Shown piece by piece: positions 1 through 11,939 of a stretch of DNA of 64,000 nt. A program made the translations under genes and the position numbers. The stretch covers positions 1-64,000 of the forward strand of contig JBBRLX010000016.1 of the NCBI GenBank assembly GCA_038231135.1, in the 5' to 3' direction. The notes under the pieces were generated by a model, which saw nothing but the letters and a program-made list of their open reading frames with translations, was not told the origin of the DNA and did not search any database. The first letter of the stretch is position 1, and each line of letters starts with the position of its first letter. This DNA comes from Candidatus Eiseniibacteriota bacterium (GTDB lineage Bacteria > Eisenbacteria > RBG-16-71-46).

Positions 1-142
1 GCGTCTCTGTATAGCTGAGCTCACTTGAAAGGCCCTCCTTGGCGATTGAAGCTGGCGTCGAACACCACCTTCTTAACCGCTCTGGACGGGCCTTTCGAGC
101 TTTTTCTTCCGCCTCAGCTATGAAATCGCGCTGGTTCTGGGT
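1..142 (-). mobile_element. Possible left end / 5' leader of an IS-like element whose ORF (GTG at 24) runs out of the window
   Basis: Inverted repeat GAAAGGCCC(27-35)/GGGCCTTTC(88-96) with an inner hairpin sequesters GGAGG immediately upstream of a minus-strand GTG (MSSAIQRR...). This arrangement is typical of IS transposase leaders, but no transposase sequence is visible. Confidence 0.3.
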
Positions 143-167
143 CTAGCACGAAGAGGGATCTTCCATC

Positions 168-1805
168 ATGGAATGCCGATCACGCGCCGAATCGACGCAA
201 TCGCCCCGGCCAACGTCACTTCCGAGGCGCGTGCTGATCGCGATACTTGTGGCCAGCTGCCTGGGCAGTTGCGCCCATACCGGCCGACTCCAGCCGGTTG
301 CCATCACGCTCTCCCCTGTCGCCAAGGATTCGACGGTCCGGGATCACCACGGCGCTTCCCACATCGCCCAAAGCTGGCATCCGATGTTTGGCGACACGCT
401 GATCGGCCTGGTACCGGGCACTGGGGATTCGACCCGCCGCTACCTGGGACGTCTGCGGGACGGGTACACGGCCGACACGCTCAACATCATCGTCCTTGGC
501 GATAACCGCCCCGGGTGGCGCGCGGTGCGGCTCCAGCCCGAGTACGCCCGCATCCAGCGCATGCTGTCGCCCAATCCGCTCAAGTTCCTCACGGGCCTCG
601 TCAACATTCCCTGGGCCATCGTTAAAGGCCTCTACCCGGATCTCGCGTTGCTGCGCGATATACCTGACAAGATTCGCAACATGCCGAACTGGAGCCGGGA
701 GACCGAGGTGAGCAGCGCCGTACTGGCCAAGATCGATTCGCTCCGCGCTCGCGGGCAAACCGTCTCCCTCCTGCTCAACAGCGGCGACCTGATTGACGAT
801 GGACGAGTGCCGGCGCATTGGCAGCGGTTCCTCCGCCTGACCCAGCCCTTGTACTCGCGCGTGCCGTACTTCCCAGCCGCCGGTAACCACGAGCGGACGG
901 ATACCGTGGACGGAGTCGAGAACTGGCAGGCGGCGACGGGTCTGCCGGTTGGGGGCGATCGGCTCTACTACTGCTTCGATACGGCCGACAGTTGGGTGCG
1001 CGTGATCGTGCTCGACTCCAATCCCATCGTCGATCCCGGCAAACTCTGGACGCGCGAAGTGCAGATCAAGTATTCAGCCGAGCAGATCAACTGGTTGGTA
1101 GAGCGCATCAAGGAGCATCGCGGTCCGGTCATTGTCATGATGCATCACCCCCCGTTTTCGTCAGGATTCCATCGCGAAGAATGGCAGCGGGACAGTGTCC
1201 TGGTCGCTCGGCGGGAGCGCATGGTGGCGGCCCTCCACCAGGCCGGCATCGCCATCCTCGCGACGGGGCACGAACACGACTACCAACGGGCCATCCTGAC
1301 CTGGCCGGACGCGGTCCTGATTTCCATCGGCACGGGCGGCGCCGGGGCGCCACTCAACCCGATTCCAGCCCCTCATCAGGTCGCGCAGCTGTTCAGTGAG
1401 TACAAGGTGGCTGGATCCACCGTCAAGCCCGAGAACGTCTTCTCGGCCCAGGTGTTTCACTTCGTGCATATGCGGTTGTGGTTCGGTGGCGGCGAGTTCT
1501 TCACCTATGCCGTCGACCGGCACGCCAAAGCGACGCTCATCGATCACGTAAAGATTGACCTGCTCCGATTTGGCATTCCCCAGATCGATCAGCACAAAAT
1601 CGTGCTCCCACCGGCCAAGGGGCCGGCCGAGCCAACCGAGGCGACCGCCAAGTCGAAGAACACGTCGCCGGCCAAGCTCGATACGACCGCCGCCAGCCAG
1701 CGGCTGCTGTCGAAGCCAGCACCGTCGGGAAAATCGGATTCGACCACGACGCGCCGGCGCGCTGTACCGAAGGTCTCGACGGTGAAGAAGCGGACCCCGA
1801 AATAG
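168..1805 (+). CDS. Calcineurin-like metallophosphoesterase, probably exported (lipoprotein-like signal), with a basic low-complexity C-terminal tail
   Basis: Motifs IVLGD, GDLIDDG, GNHE, HHP, GHEH; hydrophobic N-terminal stretch ending in LGSC. Confidence 0.85.
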   Translation: MECRSRAESTQSPRPTSLPRRVLIAILVASCLGSCAHTGRLQPVAITLSPVAKDSTVRDHHGASHIAQSWHPMFGDTLIGLVPGTGDSTRRYLGRLRDGYTADTLNIIVLGDNRPGWRAVRLQPEYARIQRMLSPNPLKFLTGLVNIPWAIVKGLYPDLALLRDIPDKIRNMPNWSRETEVSSAVLAKIDSLRARGQTVSLLLNSGDLIDDGRVPAHWQRFLRLTQPLYSRVPYFPAAGNHERTDTVDGVENWQAATGLPVGGDRLYYCFDTADSWVRVIVLDSNPIVDPGKLWTREVQIKYSAEQINWLVERIKEHRGPVIVMMHHPPFSSGFHREEWQRDSVLVARRERMVAALHQAGIAILATGHEHDYQRAILTWPDAVLISIGTGGAGAPLNPIPAPHQVAQLFSEYKVAGSTVKPENVFSAQVFHFVHMRLWFGGGEFFTYAVDRHAKATLIDHVKIDLLRFGIPQIDQHKIVLPPAKGPAEPTEATAKSKNTSPAKLDTTAASQRLLSKPAPSGKSDSTTTRRRAVPKVSTVKKRTPK

Positions 1806-2129
1806 CCTACGTGGAAACCGTGGGGCGCGAGGTCGCGTTCGTCATCGGGGACCCGGTTTGGCGGTGCGCGTGAGCCCGGGCATCTCCATCCCATCGGGTC
1901 GCGACGGCAGCGTTTCATCGATCGGATCAAAGTCGCGGAAAGCGCCCGTTTTCACCGACGTTTTCCCCCGGCCCCGCACTGCCCTAGACTGTCGGCGGAC
2001 TGCATGGATGCCCTGCGGGATCCCTCGCGGACCGTCGATCTGTCCGTCCCGAGCCGGCTGTGGCCTGGCCACCCACCTCCGGCGCCAACCTGAAGGCTGG
2101 TTCCAACGACCCTCCCGATTTCGTCGAGC

Positions 2130-5100
2130 GTGAATCCCTTCGGGACCGGCCCCATCCGGGGCGAGCTCCTGAGCGTCGAACATCTGGAGGAGCGCGCCCG
2201 CACTCTGGCGGCGAGTTACACGCTGGCGCGCAATCCCGGCCGCCCGTCCCGCCGTCTGCTGCCCCGCCTCAACGACAACGCCCGCGTGCTGCGCCACACC
2301 TACCAGGCGCTGGCGAAGGACGTGCGCCATGGCGAAGCGGTGGCGCCGGCGTCGGAATGGCTGCTCGACAACTTCCATCTCGTCGAGGCCGAGTTCCTCG
2401 AGGTGCGCAAGAACCTGCCGTCGGGTTACTACCTCGAGCTGCCGAAGCTCGCATCCCGTGAACTGGCGGGCACCGCGCGCGTGCACGCGATGGCGCTCGA
2501 GTTCATCCGCCATAGCGACGCCCGGTTCGATCTTCACCGGCTCACCCGGTTCATCAGCGCCTACCAGACCGTGGCGCCGCTCACGCTCGGCGAGCTGTGG
2601 GCGTGGCCGAGCATGCTCAAGCTGTGCCTGCTCGAGAACCTGCGGCGGCTCGCCGAGGAGATCATGGAGAGCCGGGCGGGAACCGCCCAGGCCGATCACT
2701 ATTTCGCGCGATTCGAGTCGAGCCGGGACGCAGATCCGCTCCCAACGCTCCCGGAGACGCTGTCCAACTCGTTCGTGGTCCAGTTGCTCCAGCGCATGCG
2801 CGAGCTCGGCCCGCGGGTCGCGGAACTCAGGATCGAGCTCGACCGCCGGCTCACCGCGACGGCGTTCAGCGTCGAGGAGGCGGTGCGCTCCGAGCACCAG
2901 CAGCAGACCATGGGACACGCGTCGACTGGGAACTCGATCACGAGTCTGCGGCTGGTCTCGACGATCGACTGGAATCGCACGGTCGAGCGCGTGAGCCTGA
3001 TGGAGCAGGTGCTGCAGCGCGACCCCGCCGGGATCTACGGGCAGATGGACTTCGCAAGCCGCGACCGCTACCGGCAGGCGGTCGAAGAACTGGCAGAGCC
3101 CACGGGCGAGGCCCAGGTTCGCGTCGCGCTGCGCGCGATCGAGAGCGCCCGGCAGGCGGCCGAGCAGCCGCACGGTGACGTCAGCATGCACATCGGCTAT
3201 CACCTGATCGGCCCCGGACGCTACGAGTTCGAGGTCGACGTCGCGTATGTGCCCAAGCTCCTCCAACGGGTCCGCCGCGCCGTGTTCGACAACGCGACAT
3301 TGCTGTATCTGAGTTCGATCGCTCTGCTCACCGCGGCCGCCATCGTCGCGGCGGTCACCTACGCGCAGGGCCGCGGCGCATCGGCCACCCTGCTGCCCTG
3401 GGTCGGGTGGATCGCGCTGCTCCCTGCCAGCCAGCTCGCGGTCGCGATCGTCCACCGGCTGGTGCACTTCATCGCCCACCCCCGGCGGCTGCCGCGGATC
3501 GAGCTGCGCAACGGCGTGCCCGAGGCCGGACGCACCATGGTGGTGATTCCCACGCTGCTGGCCAGCGCCCGCAACGCGAAATCCCTGGTCGAGCACCTGG
3601 AAGTCCAGGCGCTGGGGAACATGGATCCCCACATCCATTTCGCGTTGCTCACCGATTTCCCCGATGCGACCGAGGAGACCCAGCCCCAGGACGAGGGCAT
3701 CCTCGCGGTGGCGATCGAAGGAATCCGGGCGCTCAATGCCCGTCACGGCGACGGCCGCGAAGACCGGTTCTACCTGGTGCATCGCCCGCGCCAATGGAAT
3801 GCCCGCGAGAGCGCCTGGATGGGCTGGGAGCGGAAGCGCGGCAAGATCGAAGAGTTCAACTTCCTGCTGCGCGGGGCCACGAACACGTCGTTCCAGGTCG
3901 TCGTCGGGGACCCGTCGATCCTCGAGAAGGTCCGGTACTGCATCACGCTGGATGCCGACACGCGCCTGCCGCGCGACACCGCCCGCCAGCTCATCGGCAT
4001 CACGCTGCACCCGCTCAACCGCCCGCAGTTCGATCCCGAGGCGGGCCGCGTCACGCGGGGCTACGGCATCCTGCAGCCGCGGATCAGCGTCACGATGGCC
4101 AGCGCCGCGGGCTCGCTGTTCGCGCGCGTCTACGCCGGGCACACGGGAGTGGACCCCTACACGACCGCGGTCTCGGACGTGTACCAGGACTTGTTCAACG
4201 AGGGCATCTTCACCGGCAAGGGCCTCTACGACGTCGATGCATTCATGGCGGCGCTCGCCGGGCGCGTGCCCGAGAACGCGCTGCTGTCGCACGACCTGTT
4301 CGAGGGACTGTACGCGCGCACCGCGCTGGTCTCCGACGTCGAGATGGTCGACGAGTTCCCGTCGAGCGTGCTGGCCCACGCCGGACGCCAGCGCCGCTGG
4401 GTGCGCGGCGACTGGCAGATCCTGTTCTGGTTGTTCCCGTGGGTGCCCACGCGGCACGGTCTCGATCGCACGCGCCTGCCGTTCATCAGCCGCTGGAAGA
4501 TCCTCGACAACCTGCGGCGCAGTCTGGTCGCTCCGGCGATGGTGATCCTGCTGGCATCGGCGTGGACGTGGCTGCCCGGTGTCCCGTGGGCGTGGACGCT
4601 GGCGGCGCTCGCGGTGATCAGCTTCCCGATCTATCCGCAGGTGATCCACGCGTTGCGGGGTCCGCCGCCGCAGCAGGCGCTGCTCGTGTTCCTGCGCGAC
4701 GTGCGGGAGGAGCTCGAGGTGGCGGGCGCGCAGGTGCTGCTCGAGATCACCCTGCTCGCCTACCACTCCTACGAGATGATCCACGCAATCACGATCACGC
4801 TGGTGCGCCTGATCATCACCCAGCGCAGGCTGCTCGAATGGGAGACCGCGGCGGTCGTCGCGGCCCGGGCGACCCGGCTGACCCGCAGCCAGGGGCTGCG
4901 CGCGTTCGCGAACGGCATGTGGGCTGGGCCCGCGGTGGCGATCGCGGCGTTCACGGCCGCCGCAGCAGCCCGGCCCCAGGCGTTGCCGGCCGCGCTCCCG
5001 CTGGTGACGCTGTGGTTCTTCTCCCCCGTCGTGGCGTTCTGGATGAGCCGGCCGGCGGCGTCGCGCACGATCGTCCTCGAGCCTCGCGACCGGGCTTATC

Positions 5101-8100
5101 TGCGGAGCATCGCGGCCCGGACGTGGCGGTACTTCGACACGTTCGTCACCGCGGACGACCACTGGCTGCCACCCGACAATGTCCAGGAGCATCTGGATCG
5201 AGGCGTGGCCCACCGCACGTCGCCCACCAACATCGGCATGGCGTTGCTGGCGACGTTGTCGGCACACGACCTCGGTCTGATCGCCGCGCGCGACGCGCTG
5301 GAGCGGATCGAGCGCACGTTCGTCACGCTCGAAGGCCTCGAGCGGCACCAGGGCCACCTGCTCAACTGGTACGACACCCGCAGCCTGGCCCCGCTCCAGC
5401 CGCGCTACGTCTCCACGGTCGACAGTGCGAACCTGGCCGGGTCGCTGCTGGCGCTGGCGGAGGGGCTGCGGCGGATCGAGGAGGCCCCGGCCCGGGGCCC
5501 AAGGCGCTCCGCCGGAATCGCCGACGCCGCGGTGCTGCTGCGCGAGAGCCTCGAAGCGCTGGCGCCGGCGCAGGACAAGCGTTCGCTGCTCGATCACGCG
5601 GCGCCGGCGTTCCGCGCCGTGGAGACGCTCGAGCACGTGCGCGACTCGGAGACTCCGTCCGAGCGCGAGACGCGCGCGGCGGGCGTCGTCGCCCAGACCC
5701 TGGAGTCGCTGCAGCCGCGCCTGCCCGCCGGCGCCGAATCCGCCGAGGTGGTGTTCTGGGGCGCGGTGCTGCTGCGGCTGCTGCGGGATCCGGCCGAACC
5801 CGTGACGCCGCAATCGTGGAACGAACGCCGGGCCCAGCTCGCGAACCGGGCGGAGGCGCTCGCCGACGCCATGGACTTCCGATTCCTCTACGACAACGAG
5901 CGCCGGCTGTTCTCGATCGGCTACAAGCTCGCCGACCTCGATGGTCCCGGGCGCCTCGACCCGTCGTACTACGACCTGCTGGCCTCCGAGGCGCGGATCG
6001 CGAGCTTCATGGCCATCGCCAAGGGCGACGTGCCGCAGGAGCACTGGTTCCAGCTGGGGCGCACGCTGGTGGGCATCGGCGGCGTGCAGGCGCTCGTGTC
6101 CTGGAGCGGATCGATGTTCGAGTACCTGATGCCGCTGCTGGTCATGCGGAACTATCCGGACACGCTGCTGCATCGCACCTATGGAGCCGTGGTGCGCGCG
6201 CAGATCGAGTACGGTCGCATTCACGGGGTGCCGTGGGGGATCTCCGAGTCGGCGTTCAACATCGTGGACCGGCACGGGATCTATCAATATCGCGCGTTCG
6301 GCGTGCCCGAGCTGGGCCTCAAGCGCGGATTGTCCGAGGACCTGGTCATCGCTCCCTACGCCACGGCGCTCGCCGCCATGGTCGATCCCGCCGAGGCGGC
6401 GGCGAATCTTAGGCGACTCGCGCGTCAGGGCGCCGAGGGCCCGTACGGCTTCTACGAGGCCGTGGACTACACGCCGCGCGAGACGTTCAAGGCGGACGAG
6501 GCCGCGCCCGCCCCGGGCGCCTCCCACGCGGTGCCGGTCAAGGCGTTCTTCGCGCACCACCAGGGCATGACCGTAATCGCGCTCGCGAACACGATCCTGG
6601 ACTCGCTCATGGTGTCACGCTTCCACGCCGACGCGCGGGTGCGGGCGACGTCGCTGTTGTTGCAGGAGCGCGTGCCGCGCTTCGTGCCGATCACCCGGCC
6701 GCGGCCGATCGAAGTCACGCATGTCGCGCCGCCCATCCCGCTCACGTCGCCGCGGCGCTTCCGCACGCCTCACACGCTCTACCCGCACGCGACGTTCCTG
6801 TCCAACGGACGCTATGTCTCGGTGGTGACCAACGCCGGGGGCGGCGCCAGTTCGTGCCGCGGGCTCGCGGTCACGCGCCAGCGCGAGGACGCGGTCCTGG
6901 ATCCGGGCAGCCAGTACCTCTACCTGCGTGACGTGCGGAGCGGCAAGGCCTGGTCGGCGACCTATCAGCCGATGCTCCGCGAGCCGGACTCGTACCGCAC
7001 CACGTTCCTCGCGGACAAGGTGCTGATCCGGCAGCGCGTCGAGGACATCGACATGCTGCTCGAGATCGCCGTGTCGCCGGAGGACGACGTCGAAGTACGG
7101 CGGCTGTCGTTGACCAATCGCAGCCCGTACATGCGCGAGCTCGAGGTGACGAGCTATGTCGAAGTGGCGCTCGCCCCGCCGCCCGAGGATCTCGCCCACC
7201 CGGTGTTCGGCAAGCTGTTCCTCGAGACCGAATGCCTCCCCGAGACCGCCTCGCTGCTGTGCGGCCGGCGCAAGCGCTCGCCCGGCGAGCCCGGTGCATG
7301 GGCGGTGCACGTCCTGAGCATGGAGGGCCGCACCCAGAGTGCCGTGGAATGGGAGACCGACCGGGCTCGGTTCATCGGTCGCGGCCGGGGGCCCGACAAT
7401 CCGATCGCGCTCGACGGCCGGCCGCTGACGGGAACCACCGGCGCCACGCTCGATCCCATCCTGAGCCTGAGGCAGCGCATCCGGATCGCGCCGGGGGGCT
7501 TCGCGCGCCTGTCGTTCGCCACCGGGCTGGCCTCCGACCGCGAGGCCGCGGTCGCGCTATGCATGAAGTACGCGGACCCGACGTCGGCGCCACGCACGTT
7601 CACACTCGCCGCGACCCAGCTCGTGATCTCGCTGCGGCATCTGGGCATCCCGCTCGAGGAGGCGCAGCTCTACGAGCGGCTGGCCTCGCGCGTGCTCTAT
7701 TCCGACCGCTCGATGGGCGCGGGTCCGGCGGTGCTCGCGCGCAACGTGCTCGGCCAGTCGGGCCTGTGGAGCCACGGCATTTCCGGAGACCTTCCGATCC
7801 TGCTGGTCCGGGTCGTCGAGGCGGACGACCTGCAGCTCGTGCGCCAGGTCCTGCGGGCCCAGGACTACTGGCGCATGAAGGGCCTGACCGCCGATGTCGT
7901 GATTCTCAACGAGCATCCGATCGGGTATCGCAACGAGATCCACGATCAGCTCGGCGCCATGCTCGAGGGCGGCACGTGGGGAGCCTGGAAGAATCGCCCG
8001 GGCGGTGCGTATCTGCTCGGGCGCGAAGGCATGAGTGACGCGGAGTACGTGCTGCTCCAGTCCGTGGCGCGCGCGGTCCTGAGCGGCGATGGTGGCACGA

Positions 8101-10655
8101 TCGAAGACCACCTGGACCGCCCATACGACGAGCCCGAATGGCCGGGGAAGCTCGAATTCGGGACGGTACCCGTGGCCGAGGCCGCGGACGATCTCCGCCA
8201 CGACATCGAGGTTCCCGACCTCACGCACTGGAACGGGCTCGGCGGATTCACCCGTGGGGGCCGTGAATACGCAATCGTGCTGAATGGCGACGACGAGACC
8301 CCGCTGCCGTGGGCGAACGTGCTCGCGAACCCGGGATTCGGCAGCGTCGTGTCCGCGGCCGGCCCCGCCTATTCATGGGCCGTGAACAGCCGCGAGAACC
8401 GCCTCACGCCGTTCGCGAACGATCCCGTGACCGAGACGACCGGCGAGGCGATCTATCTGCGCGACGAAGTGACCTGTGAAGTGTGGGGCGCCACCCCCGG
8501 ACCCATGCGCCGCAAACCCGACGGCCGCCGGTGGCTCGTGCGCCACGGCGCGGGCGTGAGCCGCTACGTGCACTCCGAGCACGCCATCCGTCACGAGCTC
8601 GCGATGTTCGTTCACCCCTCGGAACCGGTGCGATTCGCCCTGCTGACGCTCGCGAATCTCGCCGATCGGCCGCGGCGCCTCAGCGTGTTCGGCTACAACC
8701 AGTGGGCGCTGTGCCCGCCCCGCGCGGGCGACGAGCTCCACACCCGGACCGAGTTCGACGCCGACACTTCAGCGGTGCTGGCGCAGAATCCCTACAACCA
8801 GGAATTCCGCGAACGGGTCGCGTTCGCCCACGCCGGACCCGTGCGATCGGCGACGGGGGACCGGATGGAGTTCCTCGGGCGGAACGGCTCCGTGGCACAT
8901 CCGGCGGCCCTCGCCCGCAACGGGCTGTCGAACACGTTCGGGGCGGGGCTCAATCCCTGCGCCGCGCTCCAGGTCGGGCTCGAGCTCGCGCCCGGCGAGA
9001 CCCGCCAGATCGTATTCCTGCTGGGCCAGGGCGAGAACCGCGACGCGGCGCTCCGATTGATCCGGACCCACGGCTCGGTGTCCGCCGCGCTCGCCGTCCT
9101 CGACGACGTCGAGCGGTTGTGGGACGGCATCCTGGGCGCGGTCGAGGTCCACACCCCCGACGACTCGTTCGACCTGCTGATGAATCGCTGGCTGCTGTAT
9201 CAATCGATCTCGAGCCGGTTGTGGGCGCGCACCGCCTACTACCAGCCGGGTGGCGCCTACGGATTCCGCGATCAGTTGCAGGACGTGACGTCGCTAACCT
9301 TCGCCGCGCCCCAGCTCTATCGCGAGCATCTGCTGCGCGCCGCGAGCCGGCAGTTCCTCGAAGGCGACGTGCAACACTGGTGGCACGCCCACACCGGCGC
9401 CGGCGTGCGCACCCGCTGCTCCGACGACCTGCTGTGGCTGCCCTATGCCACCGCCGCCTACGTCGCGGCATCCGGCGACGTGGGCGTGCTCGACGAGCAG
9501 GTGCCGTTCCTGATCCAGCCGCCGCTGGTTCCCGAGGAACTGGAAGCCTACGGCCATCCGGAGCGGTCGAGCGAGATCGCGTCGCTCTACGAGCATTGCG
9601 TGCGGGCCATCGAGCGTGGGCTCACGTCGGGGTCGCACGGCCTCCCGTTGATCGGCAGCTGCGACTGGAACGACGGAATGAACCGCGTCGGCCAGGAGGG
9701 CCGTGGCGAGAGTGTCTGGCTGGGCTGGTTCCTGTCGAAGGTCCTCAAGGACTTCACGGTCCTGGCCCGGGCGCGCGGGGACCAGGTCCGCGTCGCCCGC
9801 TACCGGAGCGAGCTCGAGCGGCTGGGCGTCGTGCTCGAGCAGGCCTGGGACGGCGACTGGTACCGCCGCGCCTACTTCGACAACGGCACCCCGCTCGGAT
9901 CGGCCCAGAACGAGGAGTGCCGGATCGATTCCATTTCGCAGTCGTGGGCGGTGCTGTCGGGCATGGCGCCCCCGCAGCGCGCCGAGCGCGCTCTGGACTC
10001 GGTGCGGTCCCACCTGATCCGGAGAGACCCCCGCGTCATCCTGCTGCTCACCCCGCCGTTCGACACCTCCGCGCAGGACCCCGGCTATATCAAAGGCTAC
10101 ATCCCCGGAGTGCGCGAAAACGGCGGGCAGTACACGCATGCCGCGCTGTGGGTCGTGATGGCGGTGGCGCGCCTCGGCAGCGGCGACGAGGCCGTCGAGC
10201 TGTTCCATCTGCTCAACCCGATCAACCACACCCGCACGCCGGCCGACGTCGCTCTGTATAAGGTCGAGCCGTACGTCGTCGAAGCCGACGTGTACACCCA
10301 TCCCGCGCACGCCGGCCGTGGCGGCTGGACCTGGTATACCGGATCCGCGAGCTGGATGTATCGGGCCGGCCTCGAGTCGATTCTCGGCCTGGAGCGCCGC
10401 GGCGCGTCGTTCGCCCTGAACCCCTGCATCCCGTTCGCGTGGCCGGGATTCTCCGTCCGTCTGCGCTTCGGCGCCACGAGCTACGAGGTGTCGGTCGAGA
10501 ACCCGCAGAAGCGGTCGCGGGGAATCTCGGAGGTCACGCTGGACGGCGCGCCCGTCGAGGCCGGAGCGATCCCGATTCTCTACGACGGCGGCACCCACCG
10601 CGTGCGCGCCGTGATCGGCGAAGCGGCGGTGGCGGGAGTGCGTGGGAGGGGTTGA
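2130..10655 (+). CDS. ndvB: Cyclic beta-1,2-glucan synthase (GT84 + transglycosylase + GH94 phosphorylase), Cgs/NdvB/ChvB type
   Basis: 2841 aa; [31 protein letters not shown] (GT), [72 protein letters not shown] (GH94). Confidence 0.95.
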   Translation: MNPFGTGPIRGELLSVEHLEERARTLAASYTLARNPGRPSRRLLPRLNDNARVLRHTYQALAKDVRHGEAVAPASEWLLDNFHLVEAEFLEVRKNLPSGYYLELPKLASRELAGTARVHAMALEFIRHSDARFDLHRLTRFISAYQTVAPLTLGELWAWPSMLKLCLLENLRRLAEEIMESRAGTAQADHYFARFESSRDADPLPTLPETLSNSFVVQLLQRMRELGPRVAELRIELDRRLTATAFSVEEAVRSEHQQQTMGHASTGNSITSLRLVSTIDWNRTVERVSLMEQVLQRDPAGIYGQMDFASRDRYRQAVEELAEPTGEAQVRVALRAIESARQAAEQPHGDVSMHIGYHLIGPGRYEFEVDVAYVPKLLQRVRRAVFDNATLLYLSSIALLTAAAIVAAVTYAQGRGASATLLPWVGWIALLPASQLAVAIVHRLVHFIAHPRRLPRIELRNGVPEAGRTMVVIPTLLASARNAKSLVEHLEVQALGNMDPHIHFALLTDFPDATEETQPQDEGILAVAIEGIRALNARHGDGREDRFYLVHRPRQWNARESAWMGWERKRGKIEEFNFLLRGATNTSFQVVVGDPSILEKVRYCITLDADTRLPRDTARQLIGITLHPLNRPQFDPEAGRVTRGYGILQPRISVTMASAAGSLFARVYAGHTGVDPYTTAVSDVYQDLFNEGIFTGKGLYDVDAFMAALAGRVPENALLSHDLFEGLYARTALVSDVEMVDEFPSSVLAHAGRQRRWVRGDWQILFWLFPWVPTRHGLDRTRLPFISRWKILDNLRRSLVAPAMVILLASAWTWLPGVPWAWTLAALAVISFPIYPQVIHALRGPPPQQALLVFLRDVREELEVAGAQVLLEITLLAYHSYEMIHAITITLVRLIITQRRLLEWETAAVVAARATRLTRSQGLRAFANGMWAGPAVAIAAFTAAAAARPQALPAALPLVTLWFFSPVVAFWMSRPAASRTIVLEPRDRAYLRSIAARTWRYFDTFVTADDHWLPPDNVQEHLDRGVAHRTSPTNIGMALLATLSAHDLGLIAARDALERIERTFVTLEGLERHQGHLLNWYDTRSLAPLQPRYVSTVDSANLAGSLLALAEGLRRIEEAPARGPRRSAGIADAAVLLRESLEALAPAQDKRSLLDHAAPAFRAVETLEHVRDSETPSERETRAAGVVAQTLESLQPRLPAGAESAEVVFWGAVLLRLLRDPAEPVTPQSWNERRAQLANRAEALADAMDFRFLYDNERRLFSIGYKLADLDGPGRLDPSYYDLLASEARIASFMAIAKGDVPQEHWFQLGRTLVGIGGVQALVSWSGSMFEYLMPLLVMRNYPDTLLHRTYGAVVRAQIEYGRIHGVPWGISESAFNIVDRHGIYQYRAFGVPELGLKRGLSEDLVIAPYATALAAMVDPAEAAANLRRLARQGAEGPYGFYEAVDYTPRETFKADEAAPAPGASHAVPVKAFFAHHQGMTVIALANTILDSLMVSRFHADARVRATSLLLQERVPRFVPITRPRPIEVTHVAPPIPLTSPRRFRTPHTLYPHATFLSNGRYVSVVTNAGGGASSCRGLAVTRQREDAVLDPGSQYLYLRDVRSGKAWSATYQPMLREPDSYRTTFLADKVLIRQRVEDIDMLLEIAVSPEDDVEVRRLSLTNRSPYMRELEVTSYVEVALAPPPEDLAHPVFGKLFLETECLPETASLLCGRRKRSPGEPGAWAVHVLSMEGRTQSAVEWETDRARFIGRGRGPDNPIALDGRPLTGTTGATLDPILSLRQRIRIAPGGFARLSFATGLASDREAAVALCMKYADPTSAPRTFTLAATQLVISLRHLGIPLEEAQLYERLASRVLYSDRSMGAGPAVLARNVLGQSGLWSHGISGDLPILLVRVVEADDLQLVRQVLRAQDYWRMKGLTADVVILNEHPIGYRNEIHDQLGAMLEGGTWGAWKNRPGGAYLLGREGMSDAEYVLLQSVARAVLSGDGGTIEDHLDRPYDEPEWPGKLEFGTVPVAEAADDLRHDIEVPDLTHWNGLGGFTRGGREYAIVLNGDDETPLPWANVLANPGFGSVVSAAGPAYSWAVNSRENRLTPFANDPVTETTGEAIYLRDEVTCEVWGATPGPMRRKPDGRRWLVRHGAGVSRYVHSEHAIRHELAMFVHPSEPVRFALLTLANLADRPRRLSVFGYNQWALCPPRAGDELHTRTEFDADTSAVLAQNPYNQEFRERVAFAHAGPVRSATGDRMEFLGRNGSVAHPAALARNGLSNTFGAGLNPCAALQVGLELAPGETRQIVFLLGQGENRDAALRLIRTHGSVSAALAVLDDVERLWDGILGAVEVHTPDDSFDLLMNRWLLYQSISSRLWARTAYYQPGGAYGFRDQLQDVTSLTFAAPQLYREHLLRAASRQFLEGDVQHWWHAHTGAGVRTRCSDDLLWLPYATAAYVAASGDVGVLDEQVPFLIQPPLVPEELEAYGHPERSSEIASLYEHCVRAIERGLTSGSHGLPLIGSCDWNDGMNRVGQEGRGESVWLGWFLSKVLKDFTVLARARGDQVRVARYRSELERLGVVLEQAWDGDWYRRAYFDNGTPLGSAQNEECRIDSISQSWAVLSGMAPPQRAERALDSVRSHLIRRDPRVILLLTPPFDTSAQDPGYIKGYIPGVRENGGQYTHAALWVVMAVARLGSGDEAVELFHLLNPINHTRTPADVALYKVEPYVVEADVYTHPAHAGRGGWTWYTGSASWMYRAGLESILGLERRGASFALNPCIPFAWPGFSVRLRFGATSYEVSVENPQKRSRGISEVTLDGAPVEAGAIPILYDGGTHRVRAVIGEAAVAGVRGRG

Positions 10656-10661
10656 GCCGCG

Positions 10662-11627
10662 CTATTGCACCCGCGACACCGGCAGGGATTGCCGCCGACG
10701 GCCCTGGACCAGTCGCACAAAGTACATCCCGGGCGCCAACGCCCGCCCAAGACTGAGTTCGTAGCGGCCGGATCCGTCCGTGAGCCGTCGCCGATCCAAT
10801 CGCCGGCCGCGAACATCGAACAACTCGAGCTCGGCGGGCGCGGAATCGCCCAGGGTGACGCTCAACTGAACGGGACCGCTTGCCGGGTTGGCTCCCGCAC
10901 GTGTCAGCAGTAAGAGCTCGAGCGGAATGGCGGGGACCGACACATCGACTTCACCACGAAAAATCTGACGTGCTTCGACCGGGAATCCGAGGCGGTAGGA
11001 ATAGCGGGCACCCGGGACGACGTCGAGGTCCTGGTAGCGCAGCGTGTCCCCCACCGCGGCGAATACCTCGCCAAGCCTCCGCCACGTCCGATCCGGTCCC
11101 GCACGGAAAACGACCGCGGTGTCCGCCGAACTGTCCGCTACCGCCCACGACAGCGAAACGCGATCGGCGGCGACGCGGACGCTTCTCCCACCGACGAGTT
11201 CCGGGACCGTGATCGCGTAGGTACATCCGAGACGTGTGAAGCACGACGCCCGCCAGGTGATCCAATTGATCCCGGCGACTGCCGAATCCGGAGCTTCCAG
11301 GACGATCGGAAACTGTTCGCTATGACCGGGTGGCAGCGGATTGAGGTCGCCCAGGCTGGTGGCAGCCGGCCACGCGCTGCCTTCGATGGAGTAGCACGTG
11401 TAGATCGTCGTGTCGCGGGTGGCATTCACCAGACCGTGGATCAGAGTGATGCGACGGCCCGGTCTGAGTACGGTATCAGTGGGACAGATCGTGTAGATGC
11501 CGGACGCAAGATCGGACCGTGTCGGGTGTTCTGATTGGACACCGCGCGAGCCGGCTTCGGTCGCAGTATCCAGCACGAGCGCCACGAGCAGCGTGCCATA
11601 GGTGAGCGTGCGGATCACGAGGGACAC
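10662..11627 (-). CDS. Secreted protein with an FnIII-like domain and a T9SS/FlgD-like C-terminal domain
   Basis: N-terminal signal peptide; C-terminus ..YQDLDVVPGARYSYRL..NPASG..LELFDVRGRR..LAPGMYFVRL, similar to the C-terminus of the S8 protease at 55049-58324. Confidence 0.75.
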   Translation of the reverse strand: MSLVIRTLTYGTLLVALVLDTATEAGSRGVQSEHPTRSDLASGIYTICPTDTVLRPGRRITLIHGLVNATRDTTIYTCYSIEGSAWPAATSLGDLNPLPPGHSEQFPIVLEAPDSAVAGINWITWRASCFTRLGCTYAITVPELVGGRSVRVAADRVSLSWAVADSSADTAVVFRAGPDRTWRRLGEVFAAVGDTLRYQDLDVVPGARYSYRLGFPVEARQIFRGEVDVSVPAIPLELLLLTRAGANPASGPVQLSVTLGDSAPAELELFDVRGRRLDRRRLTDGSGRYELSLGRALAPGMYFVRLVQGRRRQSLPVSRVQ

Positions 11628-11655
11628 AGTGGGCTTTCCGATAGCGGATTACGGC

Positions 11656-11925
11656 TCAATACTCCGCGAACGCATCGTCCGGGTAGCAGTACAGCCAGCG
11701 CTCTCCGGGCTCGGCCGACGCGATCACGGGATGCCTGGTCGACCGGGCGTGATTGCTCGCGTGACGGTTCGGCGAGTCGTCGCAGCACAGCGTGGCCCCG
11801 CACTCCTGACACACCCGCAGGTGCACCCAGGTGGCGCCGATCTTCACGCACTCTTCGCACTCCCGGCGCTTCGCATGGCGCACCGTCTTGATCCCGCCGA
11901 TGTGATCACAGGTTCCGACGGTCAT
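11656..11925 (-). CDS. UBP-type zinc finger protein
   Basis: CxH..CEEC..WVHLRVCQECGATLCCDDSPNRHASNH..HPVIASAEPGERWLYCY; directly downstream of the TrxB-like gene. Confidence 0.9.
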   Translation of the reverse strand: MTVGTCDHIGGIKTVRHAKRRECEECVKIGATWVHLRVCQECGATLCCDDSPNRHASNHARSTRHPVIASAEPGERWLYCYPDDAFAEY

Positions 11926-11939
11926 CGAAAGCACTCCTC

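Noticed and set aside
1842..6560. 1572-aa minus ORF and 1001-aa alternate-frame ORF (3407-6412)
   Set aside because: Shadow ORFs of the ndvB-like gene; Arg/Gly/Ala-rich, motif-free and expected at high GC
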